Below, one piece after another: positions 47,620 through 57,065 of a stretch of DNA of 64,000 bases (positions within the stretch are counted from its first letter, which is position 1; every line of letters begins with the position of its first letter). The notes beneath the pieces were generated by a model, which made no database searches, had not been told where the DNA came from, and saw only the letters and a list, made by a program, of their open reading frames with translations. Made by a program: the position numbers and the translations under genes. Origin of the DNA: Escherichia coli (GTDB lineage: Bacteria > Pseudomonadota > Gammaproteobacteria > Enterobacterales > Enterobacteriaceae); NCBI GenBank assembly GCA_031701365.1, contig GCA_031701365.1_4118.1. One strand, given 5' to 3'.

Positions 47620-49556
47620 TTAAACACATATAGACAGGGGAAGCTCCGTAGTGGAAGCATTATACAGGCTTTAACATATGTTGCATATGTTAAAATTCAG
47701 CCTGGACAAATGCGATCACTAGGATTCTCCCCAGGCTAAACCCCGTAATCATAGGTAGTCATAAGTAATCATATATAAACATTTATATGAGCACAGTAGA
47801 ATCACAGAATGATTATATATGATTCAGTACTGATTAGTATAGACAAGATTGCTCAAGAATGCACGGAAATGTGTGTGAATGATTCAGTACTGATATGCCA
47901 CTAAGTAGGCAGAGGAAGTCTGCCGTACTTTGTAGTTTCCAAGCTCCTTTTCCATTTTGCAAATTACATCAAATGTAATCAAAAGTAATCACGCAATGAT
48001 TAGTACTGAATTATTACTTTCACCTTAATTTCAATTACCCCTTGAGGCTCCAGCAAAAAGTTGGTTAGTACTCCATCCTAAATCTCGATCCTAAAAATTT
48101 TGGAGTACCTATGAAATAAAAGTTGGATCTTCGAAAGTTGAAATTTACGTTGGGACATATAGGATTTGTGGGATATAATGAGTTTTGTAGCGATACAGAT
48201 TATACGATTTCAGTACTGAAAGATGAAAGAAAGTTATTGACTTTATGATTCAGTACTGTATAATGTTCTACATAGGGTGATGAGTTGCTGCGAACAATTC
48301 ATTTACTCTACCTCCTGTCGTGAGACAGTACAGAAAAGATAGTTCCTCCTGTGGTGGTACATCTTTTTGAACCTCATATGAAAATTGTAATAACAGTACT
48401 GATATTAACAGAATGGTGTCAGTACTGATTTTAATCTAAAGCATTATGCCACCAGCTTGTGCTGGTGGATTCCCTCTAACAGTATTCAGTACTACATGAT
48501 GGTCTTCATCCTCCTAGGGTAACATAGTGAGGGCTATGATGGCAGTACTGAATACTCCCTTTCAAAAGATAGATCTATGGTATAGTACTGACGGATTTTG
48601 GGTGTAGTTACCCTGGATGGATTTTGGGCGTAGATATGTCTAGCCCTCCAGAAGTCTGGAAGTAAAGATGGCTATCCATCTAGACGGCTAAACGGCTAGA
48701 TTTCTGGATGGCTGGATGGCTAGACGTTTGGACGGCTAAACGGCTAAACGGCTAAACGGCTAAACGGCTAAACGGCTAGATGGTTACACGTCTGGAAGTA
48801 TAGACGGCTAAATCAAAATTTTATTTTGTTTTTTCCAATAGTTCCCCTACCGCGTGGGGATAGTTTCCCCGCAGTATCAGGAGTTAGATTTTTCTGAATC
48901 TGGAATTATTATCTTATAAACTGGGGGCAATGTCAACGGCCAGGACGGATATTTTTAAAATTTTTTCAGTACTGAATTTTGGGCGTAACTATGCACCCGG
49001 TGGGCTTGAGTCTTTCTCGACTTGATGGAACTATTATACAGTACTGAAAAAATAAAGCAATACCCTGGAAGCAAAAAAGTTTTAATTAATTTGCTTGCTA
49101 TCCTGGGCCGGACTATGGTACTATATTTCAGTACTGAGAAAGTGCGTTGACCTGCTAGGGTGCGGGAGTGTATCCTTTTTTTATATCTTGAATTTTGGGC
49201 GTAATTCCGCACCCCCTGGGGTATCCGCTTTCTCGCGTCTATGTAGTAATTATACGCTTTTTCAGGATCAAGTCAATACCTAAAAACAAAATAATTGAAA
49301 ATAATTTAATGCGTTTAAACGGCATGTAACGCCCTGGATTGTTGGGAGTGGGGCAAATGTATAGCTTAGGTGTATTAATGCGTTAGAATGCGTCTGAGGC
49401 CGTTTTACGGGGTATAGGGATGATTTGGTGGATTGATTCAGTACTGAATAATAGTACTACTATATAGAAAGATAGTTCCCCTGGATGGTTGCAGTACTGA
49501 ATGACAGTTCCCCTATATAGAAAGAAAACTATTTTAAAAGTACATGTAGAAAGTAC
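47620..49556. other. ORF-free region of about 1.9 kb, dense in AGTACT palindromes and short repeats
   Basis: no credible ORF on the plus strand; more than 20 copies of CAGTACTG-like palindromes; contains the tandem 8-mer array and GCACCCGGTGGG-type elements. Confidence 0.6.
48732..48779. repeat. tandem direct repeat (ACGGCTAA) x5 plus one degenerate copy
   Basis: five perfect 8-mers followed by ACGGCTAG; degenerate copies (GGCTAGAT, GGATGGCTGGATGG, GACGGCTAAATC) flank it from about 48610 to 48815. Confidence 0.85.
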
Positions 49557-49616
49557 TTGCAAACTATGTTTAAAGGCGTATAATGTTTTACATCGAGAGC
49601 GGGAACTCTTCCCGCT
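49557..49616 (+). promoter_or_regulatory. PeSL-like promoter plus 5' stem-loop
   Basis: TTGCAA, 16-nt spacer, TATAAT, then GTTTTACATC and hairpin GAGCGGGAACTCTTCCCGCT. Confidence 0.65.
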
Positions 49617-49639
49617 ACACTTTAAGAGAGATTAATACG

Positions 49640-50002
49640 ATGGCGACTCAAATCACTAAAATCATGCTTAACCTGGTAAACTTCCGCGAAGAGATGAAAG
49701 GTCTTCCGGCTGAAACTGTAAAAATTCACATTGCAGCTTATCGGGAACTTATTGCAATGTTACCGCTTAAGCGTGAACAATACGCCGCTACTTTGATGCT
49801 TGATTCAATGATCCATGTAATGATCTCAAATGATTTGACGATGGTTTATCAGTACATGGGCGAAAATTTCGCGGTGAGTAGTAAGCCAGTACCAGGGATG
49901 GCAACTACTGAGGAATTGCACGGTTTAAATTTAAAACAAGATGCATGGGATAATATGCATCGTTTCCTGGTATGGGCTGACAGTGGCAAAATTTACAAAT
50001 AA
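49640..50002 (+). CDS. hypothetical protein
   Basis: start set at ATG 49640 (the track ORF begins inside the promoter hairpin). Confidence 0.6.
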   Translation: MATQITKIMLNLVNFREEMKGLPAETVKIHIAAYRELIAMLPLKREQYAATLMLDSMIHVMISNDLTMVYQYMGENFAVSSKPVPGMATTEELHGLNLKQDAWDNMHRFLVWADSGKIYK

Positions 50003-50016
50003 GTTTAATAAAGTAC

Positions 50017-50075
50017 TTGCATACTAAGTTAAAACAAGTATAATACTTTCTATCAGGTGGGGAATAGTCCCCCAC
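50017..50075 (+). promoter_or_regulatory. PeSL-like promoter plus stem-loop
   Basis: TTGCAT ... TATAAT, hairpin GTGGGGGAATAGTCCCCCAC. Confidence 0.6.
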
Positions 50076-50096
50076 TATAATTAAGAGATTAATTTT

Positions 50097-50330
50097 ATGA
50101 GTACTATTTTAACTGTTTCTCAATCCGTTGCACTGACTGACCTATTAAACGCTTTAAGCCGTTGCACTGAGGTTGGCTTGTTTGATGTGGTAGACGTTGC
50201 ACCGGACGTTATTAATCATTTTTGTGATGCGATGGAAGAATGTAAGGAAGATGATCGCCGTTTGATGCAGGTGACATTTGAGGAAGTACAGCCAGGTGAG
50301 ATCAAAGGTTTACCAGTACTGAAAAAATAG
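50097..50330 (+). CDS. hypothetical protein
   Basis: 77-aa ORF. Confidence 0.6.
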   Translation: MSTILTVSQSVALTDLLNALSRCTEVGLFDVVDVAPDVINHFCDAMEECKEDDRRLMQVTFEEVQPGEIKGLPVLKK

Positions 50331-50334
50331 TACT

Positions 50335-50392
50335 TGCAAACTAAGTTTAAAAGCGTATAATACTTTACATCAGGTGGGGAATAGTTCCCCAC
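50335..50392 (+). promoter_or_regulatory. PeSL-like promoter plus stem-loop
   Basis: TTGCAA ... TATAAT, hairpin GTGGGGAATAGTTCCCCAC. Confidence 0.6.
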
Positions 50393-50412
50393 TATATAAG
50401 AGGATTTAAAAA

Positions 50413-50652
50413 ATGGCTAAATCAAAAATGTTCTTAGGTCACAAAAACAAAACTCAATGGAATGTAAGCCTTTGGATTAATAACGATGAGGGATTGTATC
50501 GGTTGGCCCTGGACTTTATTGCCGCCAATACTAATCGCAATGATGCGGCCCGTCATATGATGCTATTTTTAGAACAGACTGGACAAGATAAAACACCGGA
50601 CGGATTCAAATATAGCACTACTGCGATCCGTGCGGCGATGGTTGGAATGTAA
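50413..50652 (+). CDS. hypothetical protein (paralog of the 52453 gene)
   Basis: 79 aa; shares GHKNKTxWNVSLWINN...TPDGFKYSTTAIRAAMVGM. Confidence 0.7.
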   Translation: MAKSKMFLGHKNKTQWNVSLWINNDEGLYRLALDFIAANTNRNDAARHMMLFLEQTGQDKTPDGFKYSTTAIRAAMVGM

Positions 50653-50738
50653 TAGAATTTATTTAAAGTACTATCATTTTTTTGCGATAGTACTTTATAA
50701 TAGTGTTTTATTCATACACCAACGATAAGGGCAACAGC

Positions 50739-51005
50739 ATGAATATTAAGTATTTTGCGACGCGTGAACAAGCTCGGATCGCCGCTCGCCAGGACGGGGC
50801 AACGTTTAAAGATATGGGTGCGGGATCGGCAAGTGGTGAACGTTGGGCCATTGTAAAGCGTAGTACCGCCAGATCATTACAGTACTGGTTAGCGGCCTTA
50901 AAAAGTCCCGATAGTGTATCGCGTCGAGTGGTAGAAATAAAGCTCGACCGAAAGGGCAACCGCGTGACCGTGTACCGTACTAAAAAGATTGCAGTACTTG
51001 AATAA
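50739..51005 (+). CDS. hypothetical protein (paralog of the 63040 gene)
   Basis: start set at ATG 50739; shares FATREQARIxAR...TFKDMG...RKGNRVTVY. Confidence 0.65.
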   Translation: MNIKYFATREQARIAARQDGATFKDMGAGSASGERWAIVKRSTARSLQYWLAALKSPDSVSRRVVEIKLDRKGNRVTVYRTKKIAVLE

Positions 51006-51013
51006 AAAGTACT

Positions 51014-51071
51014 TGCAAACTAAGTTTAAAAGCGTATAATGTTTTACATCGAGAGCGGGAATAGTTCCCGC
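51014..51071 (+). promoter_or_regulatory. PeSL-like promoter plus stem-loop
   Basis: TTGCAA, TATAAT, hairpin GAGCGGGAATAGTTCCCGCC. Confidence 0.65.
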
Positions 51072-51092
51072 CTATAACCTGGAGTAATAAAA

Positions 51093-51323
51093 ATGACTAA
51101 TATGTATATGACTGAAGTTAAAACCGTAAAAGATACTACCACTAATAAAACTACTTACTTACAGCGGATCTGTGGTGTATGGCAACGTATCAGCAAATCA
51201 AAGTACTTTAAATTAACATCATATGCAAACCGTTCTGATTCATTCAGTACTGAAATAAAAGGTAATAAAGTACACCAATACGGCACTTATTATTATTATA
51301 GCCTGGACGCGATTGCAGTCTAA
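51093..51323 (+). CDS. hypothetical protein
   Basis: 76-aa ORF, RBS GGAG. Confidence 0.6.
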   Translation: MTNMYMTEVKTVKDTTTNKTTYLQRICGVWQRISKSKYFKLTSYANRSDSFSTEIKGNKVHQYGTYYYYSLDAIAV

Positions 51324-51573
51324 GCAGCTTACAAATCTTTACAATTGCCGGTATTGACTTATTTTGTCAGTACTGGCATAATGTATCTATTGAAACGAAC
51401 AATTTGGCCCACGGGGTGCGGGAGTGTATCTATAGAAAAAGTAGTTTATTACAGTTACAATTGTGCACCCGGTGGGTTAGCTGTTGTCATGGGGTATATT
51501 ATGCCAGTACTTGATAATGCTGTCAATACTTTTTTTTACTATTCAGTACAGAAAACTATTTTTAAAAAGTACT

Positions 51574-51600
51574 TGCAAACTATGTTTAAAGGCGTATAAT
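51574..51600 (+). promoter_or_regulatory. sigma70-type promoter driving a long conserved leader
   Basis: TTGCAA ... TATAAT; first of two tandem promoters. Confidence 0.55.
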
Positions 51601-51690
51601 GTTTTACATCAGGACGGGGAACGAAATAAGTAACTTCCCGTTAAGTAGCCCAGGAGTAAGGCAAACGAAAAACTCCCCTGATAAAATAGT
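51601..51690 (+). ncRNA. candidate structured leader or small RNA (copy 1 of 2)
   Basis: about 90 nt between tandem promoters, about 90 percent identical to 62262-62345; ends AUCAGGACGGGGA and UCCCCUGAU can pair to enclose the element. Confidence 0.3.
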
Positions 51691-51718
51691 TTGACAAATG
51701 TTTTTAAAAGCGTATAAT
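51691..51718 (+). promoter_or_regulatory. sigma70-type promoter (TTGACA-16-TATAAT)
   Basis: read directly; second tandem promoter before the 51751 gene. Confidence 0.55.
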
Positions 51719-51750
51719 ACTTACATCAACTACTGAATGAGGGTTACAAA

Positions 51751-52362
51751 ATGAAAACTATCACTACTACTACTTTCGTTATGGATTTTTCTGAATTGAA
51801 CGCAGAACAAAAAACGTCAGCTATCGAACTGGTTCGGGAACGTGAAAAAAACTCAAACGATGATTATTTTTCTGAAAGTGAAATTGAATACTATAAAGAA
51901 ACAGTACTACCGGAATATGGCATTAATGACGCTGATTTACGATTCAGTGGCTTTTGGTCCCAGGGTGACGGTGCATCAATCAGTACTGACCACGTTGACG
52001 CAGTGAAGTTTTTACGCAAGGTAAGAGCATTAACTAAGTATCGCTCAATCCGTCACCTGCTGAATGAAGATGATTTGGCGATGAGTGTAAAGCGTTCGCA
52101 CTCCCACTACTCGCATGAGAATACTGTAAGCGGGTACATTGAATCGGCTTACACTGATTTAACCGCAAAACAAGAAACGTTAGTTAATGAGCTTGAGGAA
52201 CTACTCACTGAAACTATTCGTGAATTATCCCGCAAGTTGTACCGTGATTTAGAGAATGCATATGAGGATCAATTCACTACTGAAAACATTACGGCACTGA
52301 TTGAGGGTAACGAATATCAATTCAATGTTATTGATGGCGTAGTAGAATCAATCGAATATTAA
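51751..52362 (+). CDS. hypothetical acidic protein
   Basis: 203-aa ORF. Confidence 0.65.
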   Translation: MKTITTTTFVMDFSELNAEQKTSAIELVREREKNSNDDYFSESEIEYYKETVLPEYGINDADLRFSGFWSQGDGASISTDHVDAVKFLRKVRALTKYRSIRHLLNEDDLAMSVKRSHSHYSHENTVSGYIESAYTDLTAKQETLVNELEELLTETIRELSRKLYRDLENAYEDQFTTENITALIEGNEYQFNVIDGVVESIEY

Positions 52363-52374
52363 TTTAAAAAGTAC

Positions 52375-52433
52375 TTGCAAACTAAGTTTAAAAGCGTATA
52401 ATACTTTATATCGAGGCGGGGAATGGTTCCCCG
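52375..52433 (+). promoter_or_regulatory. PeSL-like promoter plus stem-loop
   Basis: TTGCAA, TATAAT, hairpin GCGGGGAATGGTTCCCCGC. Confidence 0.65.
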
Positions 52434-52452
52434 CTTGAACGAGGATTTAAAA

Positions 52453-52692
52453 ATGGCTAGTACTAAAACTTACAACGGACACAAAAACAAAACTCATTGG
52501 AATGTAAGCCTTTGGATTAATAACGGTGAGTCATTGTATCGGCTTGCTCAAAGTTGCATCGCACAAAGTAGAACTAAAGATATTGCAGCGGAATGTATGT
52601 ACCGCAGATTAAAAGCCAACGGTACTACTACAACGCCGGACGGCTTTAAGTATAGCACTACTGCGATCCGTGCTGCAATGGTTGGAATGTAA
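52453..52692 (+). CDS. hypothetical protein (paralog of the 50413 gene)
   Basis: start set at ATG 52453. Confidence 0.7.
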   Translation: MASTKTYNGHKNKTHWNVSLWINNGESLYRLAQSCIAQSRTKDIAAECMYRRLKANGTTTTPDGFKYSTTAIRAAMVGM

Positions 52693-52749
52693 TATTCAGT
52701 ACTGAGATAATGGCGGGGATTGGTTCCCGCCTTTAATGAGGATTATATA

Positions 52750-53034
52750 ATGAGCAAAGTAATTAGCTATAAGGCATTAACCAAATCATTGTCTATCAGT
52801 GAATGCACCGATGGTTTTTGGATGTACGATGAAACGCGTGGCATGAATTTAGCGATGCGTGCAAAAACTGCTGAGGCGGCGTATCTTGAAGCCCTGGGAT
52901 ACTACCAGGAACGATTAAAGGAAGTAGAAAACGATTATAATAACCTGAAAGCGAAAGTAGATCATTTCGTCGGTCAATTCGTTGACGATGACGAGGACGG
53001 GCACTACTGCGACCGTTGCGGATCTTACAGTTAA
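52750..53034 (+). CDS. hypothetical protein
   Basis: start set at ATG 52750; preceded by hairpin GGCGGGGATTGGTTCCCGCC. Confidence 0.6.
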   Translation: MSKVISYKALTKSLSISECTDGFWMYDETRGMNLAMRAKTAEAAYLEALGYYQERLKEVENDYNNLKAKVDHFVGQFVDDDEDGHYCDRCGSYS

Positions 53035-53051
53035 GTACTAAGGATTATATA

Positions 53052-53255
53052 ATGAGTGATTTAATTGAACGTATCAAAGAGCTTGAAGAAAAAGAATTGC
53101 AGTTAATCGGCTTACAGAATAAAATCTTTCATGATTTGGGGAGTTTTATCAATGCCTGGGATAGTGGCGATCCTGATGCGTTACCTGCTAACCGCACGGC
53201 AATGATCAATGATGTGCGTGGTGTCTTTGATTATGTTTTAAAGCAATTAAATTAA
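53052..53255 (+). CDS. hypothetical protein
   Basis: start set at ATG 53052. Confidence 0.55.
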   Translation: MSDLIERIKELEEKELQLIGLQNKIFHDLGSFINAWDSGDPDALPANRTAMINDVRGVFDYVLKQLN

Positions 53256-53264
53256 AAAAGTACT

Positions 53265-53323
53265 TGCAATTAGTTTTCAGTACTGTATAATGGTTTACAT
53301 CAAAGGGAGAAATGGTTCTCCCT
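53265..53323 (+). promoter_or_regulatory. PeSL-like promoter plus stem-loop
   Basis: TTGCAA, spacer with CAGTACTG, TATAAT, hairpin AGGGAGAAATGGTTCTCCCT. Confidence 0.6.
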
Positions 53324-53341
53324 GGTAATGAGGAAAATACA

Positions 53342-53563
53342 ATGGCTAATATCACTACTCTTTCCCAACTGGAAGCACTGGTTAAATCTATGCGGGAACA
53401 TGCCGACAAAATCGGCGTACAAGATCCAGCCGTTTGCTTCTGCGACGAATTGAATGATGATACCCTGGTAATAGCAGAAGTCCAGGACGTTTCTAACTAT
53501 TCCTCGCGTTACACTGGCGGCGTAGCAAATAAAGGTGACTTCTGTTTATACCTTACAAAATAA
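53342..53563 (+). CDS. hypothetical protein
   Basis: start set at ATG 53342. Confidence 0.6.
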   Translation: MANITTLSQLEALVKSMREHADKIGVQDPAVCFCDELNDDTLVIAEVQDVSNYSSRYTGGVANKGDFCLYLTK

Positions 53564-53731
53564 CAACGCGGGGAGATAATAACTCCCCGTTACTTTTTCA
53601 GTACTGAATCATTTAATAGACGGATCTATGCACCCGGTGGGTTAGTGACTGTTTCGTCTTGATGTAGTAATTATGCCAGTACTGGATGCACTTGTCAACA
53701 ATTATTTTCCAAATACTTTTTATTAAAATAC

Positions 53732-53786
53732 TTGCAATTAGTTTTTAAACGCGTATAATGTTTTGCATAGGGGGAGCGGTTCCCCT
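53732..53786 (+). promoter_or_regulatory. PeSL-like promoter plus stem-loop
   Basis: TTGCAA, TATAAT, GGGGAGCGGTTCCCC. Confidence 0.6.
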
Positions 53787-53806
53787 GGTAACTAAGGAAT
53801 AAGAAA

Positions 53807-54043
53807 ATGGTCGAACAAATCAAATCAACGTCTTCGAATGTAACGGGAACGGTAGCACACTTTACTAGTGATGAATCGCGGGGCGTTCCCTATTGTGCTG
53901 TACATGTAAACACTGAGGGTAACTACTGGTTTACGGTTTACGGATCATATTCATTTGGACGGCCAGGGCATCAAAAAATTCTGGATAAAGTACAACCAAC
54001 GGGTAAAAATATCACTGCCGAAATGTTTTATAAAAAATCATAA
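53807..54043 (+). CDS. hypothetical protein
   Basis: 78-aa ORF, RBS TAAGGAA. Confidence 0.6.
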   Translation: MVEQIKSTSSNVTGTVAHFTSDESRGVPYCAVHVNTEGNYWFTVYGSYSFGRPGHQKILDKVQPTGKNITAEMFYKKS

Positions 54044-54047
54044 AGTA

Positions 54048-54107
54048 CTTGATAATAGTTTTTAGTACTGTATAATATTTTACATCGCAAGGGGGAGCGG
54101 TTCCCCC
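54048..54107 (+). promoter_or_regulatory. PeSL-like promoter plus stem-loop
   Basis: TTGATA, spacer with AGTACTG, TATAAT, GGGGGAGCGGTTCCCCC. Confidence 0.6.
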
Positions 54108-54127
54108 TGGTAACTAAGGATAATCAA

Positions 54128-54427
54128 ATGAAAATTGCAATCATCGCCCTGGCTTTATCTGTTTCCTCTTTCGCTGTTAATGCGTCGTTAGATGTAAGTA
54201 GTGAAAAATTCATTCAGTGCACTGTTGCAATGACCGATGAAAGAACTGGCGAGATTGTTTTAAAGGATTTAGAGATCCAGCCAGAAGCATTTAAAAACGG
54301 GCCGTTCCATGAAGAAGACGAAAACGGTAGCACAACAATTTATTATGATGCAAGTACTAAACGCGGTTCGGTCACTGTTATGGATACTGAGAAAGTAACG
54401 CACACCGGAGTAATTAACTGTTTATAA
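54128..54427 (+). CDS. putative secreted protein
   Basis: 99 aa; signal peptide ending AVNA. Confidence 0.65.
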   Translation: MKIAIIALALSVSSFAVNASLDVSSEKFIQCTVAMTDERTGEIVLKDLEIQPEAFKNGPFHEEDENGSTTIYYDASTKRGSVTVMDTEKVTHTGVINCL

Positions 54428-54444
54428 TATAGTACTGAATCACT

Positions 54445-54472
54445 AGCCCACCTTAAACAGTGGGCTTTTTTG
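54445..54472 (+). terminator. intrinsic terminator (copy 1 of a duplicated element)
   Basis: AGCCCAC-CTTAAACA-GTGGGCT plus T6; about 45 bp identical to 55163-55207. Confidence 0.75.
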
Positions 54473-54524
54473 TTTTTGTATTATCGTAGTACTGCATACT
54501 TTAAAAATAGTTTTAAAATAGTAG

Positions 54525-54552
54525 TTGACATTACCACAAAAAGGCGTAGAAT
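54525..54552 (+). promoter_or_regulatory. sigma70-type promoter (TTGACA-17-TAGAAT)
   Basis: read directly; followed by a long leader beginning AAGACGGGGAGC. Confidence 0.55.
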
Positions 54553-54675
54553 GTATTACATCAAGACGGGGAGCACTAAGTAGACCGCCAGTAAGTCGAA
54601 CGAAAAACTGGACACGTCGATAAAACTTTGATACACTAATAAACGTAAACTAAACTTTAATTGAGGATTTATAAA

Positions 54676-55158
54676 ATGGCTAATGTAAAATCATTCCTGA
54701 AAGCACTGATTTCAAACGATACTGTTATTGCTGCTGAATTGTTGGCTGACCTGGATAACGATACCATGAAAGCAGTACGCAACAATTTTAACATTGCGTA
54801 CAGTGAAGCTAAAGAACTGCAAGCCAAAAAGGTAGCAGAACTGGAAGAACAGAAAAAAGCCCGTGAAGCCGAACTGCAAGCAACAATCGAAAGTATCCAG
54901 GCGGCGGTGGCTGGATTGGATCTGGAAGTAGTTGTAGAAATGGCACATAAAGCCCTGGCGGTTAAGTATGGTGAAGATAAGCCAGAATCTAAACCTAAAA
55001 AATGGATTCAAGAACGTGTTACTGTAGTACTTGATAACGGGGAAGAACATATGATTCCTGTACGCGGTAACTGCATTGCGGTAGTACTGGACGCTATCAA
55101 AGAAAGCGGTATGACTCGCGAGGAATGGATCGAAGCTCATCGCAAAGTTGAAGCATAA
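54676..55158 (+). CDS. hypothetical protein
   Basis: start set at ATG 54676; flanked by duplicated terminator elements. Confidence 0.65.
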   Translation: MANVKSFLKALISNDTVIAAELLADLDNDTMKAVRNNFNIAYSEAKELQAKKVAELEEQKKAREAELQATIESIQAAVAGLDLEVVVEMAHKALAVKYGEDKPESKPKKWIQERVTVVLDNGEEHMIPVRGNCIAVVLDAIKESGMTREEWIEAHRKVEA

Positions 55159-55179
55159 CAATTAAAGTACTGAATCACT

Positions 55180-55207
55180 AGCCCACCTTAAACAGTGGGC
55201 TTTTTTG
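55180..55207 (+). terminator. intrinsic terminator (copy 2)
   Basis: identical hairpin AGCCCAC-CTTAAACA-GTGGGCT plus T6. Confidence 0.75.
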
Positions 55208-55360
55208 TGTCTGTAGTATTCCAGTCCACCAGCACCGCCTAGAATCGATTCTAACGCATTAAACTGATTATCTGATACATCGCCCTAGCTGGTGGCGTTA
55301 AGGTCGTTAGAATGCGATTGAGAGCGTTTAAAGTATTTTGCAAAAAGTAATAAAAAGTAC

Positions 55361-55421
55361 TTGCACGATTAAGAGATTAGCGTATAATGTTTTACATCGA
55401 GAGGGGGAAACGGTTCTCCTT
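55361..55421 (+). promoter_or_regulatory. PeSL-like promoter plus stem-loop
   Basis: TTGCAC, TATAAT, GTTTTACATC, hairpin GGGGGAAACGGTTCTCC (one G-U pair). Confidence 0.55.
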
Positions 55422-55443
55422 CCAAATCAAAGGAATCAAAACA

Positions 55444-55671
55444 ATGGCTATTATCATTACTCGCGTATCTGGTACTACTGGCAACGAACAAGTAGTTGCA
55501 GTCATTACTAACAAGGCAGGTGCGGAATTGCAAAATGCAATGAATACCTGGGCCGTTAATGAGTTCGGTCAGTGGGCAAGTGTAGCATACATTGAAACCT
55601 ATCAAGTGCCGTCGATTAGTTTAACTGATTTGGGCGTTGAGCGTATCCTTTGCCTGGATGAATTAAATTAA
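55444..55671 (+). CDS. hypothetical protein
   Basis: start set at ATG 55444. Confidence 0.6.
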   Translation: MAIIITRVSGTTGNEQVVAVITNKAGAELQNAMNTWAVNEFGQWASVAYIETYQVPSISLTDLGVERILCLDELN

Positions 55672-55680
55672 AAAAAGTAC

Positions 55681-55739
55681 TTGCAAAGTAAATCGAATAA
55701 AGTATAATACATTACATCAAGGGGAGAAATGGTTCTCCC
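55681..55739 (+). promoter_or_regulatory. PeSL-like promoter plus stem-loop
   Basis: TTGCAA, TATAAT, GGGAGAAATGGTTCTCCC. Confidence 0.6.
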
Positions 55740-55758
55740 TGATAATGAGGAAACTAAA

Positions 55759-55971
55759 ATGGCTATCATTACTAAAATCAAAGTTAACAAGACTATCGTT
55801 AAACTGGCAGAAGTGAAAGAAGGTTATAAAGTATCTTGGTGCGGTATGTATCGGACGTTCGCAGATATAGATGATGCGATCAATTATTACAGTGACACGG
55901 TTAAAAACTTTGTTCGTGCTGATGTGGTTATGGCAGTGGCAACATATAAAGCAGCGAAAGAAAGTAAGTAA
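55759..55971 (+). CDS. hypothetical protein (MAIIxK family; related to the 59009 gene)
   Basis: start set at ATG 55759. Confidence 0.6.
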   Translation: MAIITKIKVNKTIVKLAEVKEGYKVSWCGMYRTFADIDDAINYYSDTVKNFVRADVVMAVATYKAAKESK

Positions 55972-55990
55972 AAATATTATCACAGTACTA

Positions 55991-56019
55991 TTGACATAGT
56001 TTGATAGTACTGGCATAAT
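55991..56019 (+). promoter_or_regulatory. promoter, second cassette type (TTGACA ... GATAGTACTGG CATAAT)
   Basis: about 85-bp upstream region near-identical to 58926-59008. Confidence 0.55.
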
Positions 56020-56062
56020 AGATTTTATCAAGACGACACATATTAATTTAAGGAATACTAAA

Positions 56063-56386
56063 ATGGCTAAAACTATCATCAATACCGTTTCCCTGGCTGC
56101 AATCCATGCAATCAATGTTGACGGTAAACGTTGGACTGATTCATATGGCAATACTTATCATTCTTGTCATGTAAGCGTTGAACTGGATAACGGTTTGAAT
56201 GATCTGGCGGTTGAATCATTTACTTATGGCTATGAAGATGCATATCAACAAACGGCGTTTGATCTCTTAAAGGAATCAGTAGACGGGCTTGATACTGTTG
56301 AAACCTCCCTTACTCGTTTGTGTAATGATTTGTCTATCCCGTTGCATTGTACTGTACAGGATGTAAAACGTAAAAAAGATCTTTAA
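56063..56386 (+). CDS. hypothetical protein (paralog of the 62626 gene)
   Basis: 107 aa; shares RWTDSxGNTYHSC...FTYGY...VKRKKD. Confidence 0.7.
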   Translation: MAKTIINTVSLAAIHAINVDGKRWTDSYGNTYHSCHVSVELDNGLNDLAVESFTYGYEDAYQQTAFDLLKESVDGLDTVETSLTRLCNDLSIPLHCTVQDVKRKKDL

Positions 56387-56466
56387 TTAGCTTTACTTTA
56401 TGCAGATACTTTGATACAGTGTCTGCATAGGGGAAAGAAATTAAATCAACTTAAGAGGATAGTAAA

Positions 56467-56736
56467 ATGAAAAATATCAGTACTTTAATCGATGCAGGTA
56501 CACATGTTCGTCGGTCTATGGTTGCAACCAGTTCTACAAAACAAGTACCAAGCGGTTATCTTGTATTTGTGCACGATGGAAAACTCCTGGAACGTTCAAT
56601 CAATTTTGATGTTAAAAACAATTGCCGTTTTATTATCTTTCGCCGTGAACAATATAAAATTGATTTGCCAGCGAAGCCCATTAGCGGGGCGTACAACGTG
56701 CAATCATTGTTTGAGCGTCAACCATACACCTATTGA
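56467..56736 (+). CDS. hypothetical protein
   Basis: 89-aa ORF, RBS AGAGGA; preferred over the overlapping 56492 ORF. Confidence 0.55.
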   Translation: MKNISTLIDAGTHVRRSMVATSSTKQVPSGYLVFVHDGKLLERSINFDVKNNCRFIIFRREQYKIDLPAKPISGAYNVQSLFERQPYTY

Positions 56737-56787
56737 TCAAATCATCGTTAGTGGTCGATTTAGGCCGCTTATATTGGGGATTATACC

Positions 56788-57060
56788 ATGAACGTTAATC
56801 AAGTACTGAATGAGATCGAAAGCATCATTAAACCGATGAAGCGTACTGATGCTATGTTAACACCGGAAGAATGCCGCCTTTATGAGCGTTACAGCGTCGA
56901 ACAAGTCCAGGCAATGGCTATGGCTACCCCAGCCGTTAAACCGCCTGAGAATGCGTTACAGGACGTTACAGGGGATTATATCATCAATCCAGTACTAGGG
57001 AAGATGACTGCAATCACCGAAGATCAAAAAGACTACTTAAGCCAGTACTTAAAAGGTTAA
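56788..57060 (+). CDS. hypothetical protein
   Basis: 90-aa ORF. Confidence 0.6.
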   Translation: MNVNQVLNEIESIIKPMKRTDAMLTPEECRLYERYSVEQVQAMAMATPAVKPPENALQDVTGDYIINPVLGKMTAITEDQKDYLSQYLKG

Positions 57061-57065
57061 TTAAT

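Noticed and set aside
48732-48779. Tandem ACGGCTAA repeats as a CRISPR array or microsatellite-encoded peptide
   Set aside because: An 8-bp unit with no spacers; no ORF spans it.
51345-51599. 84-aa plus-strand ORF
   Set aside because: It spans GCACCCGGTGGG repeat elements and a promoter, and has no RBS; likely non-coding.
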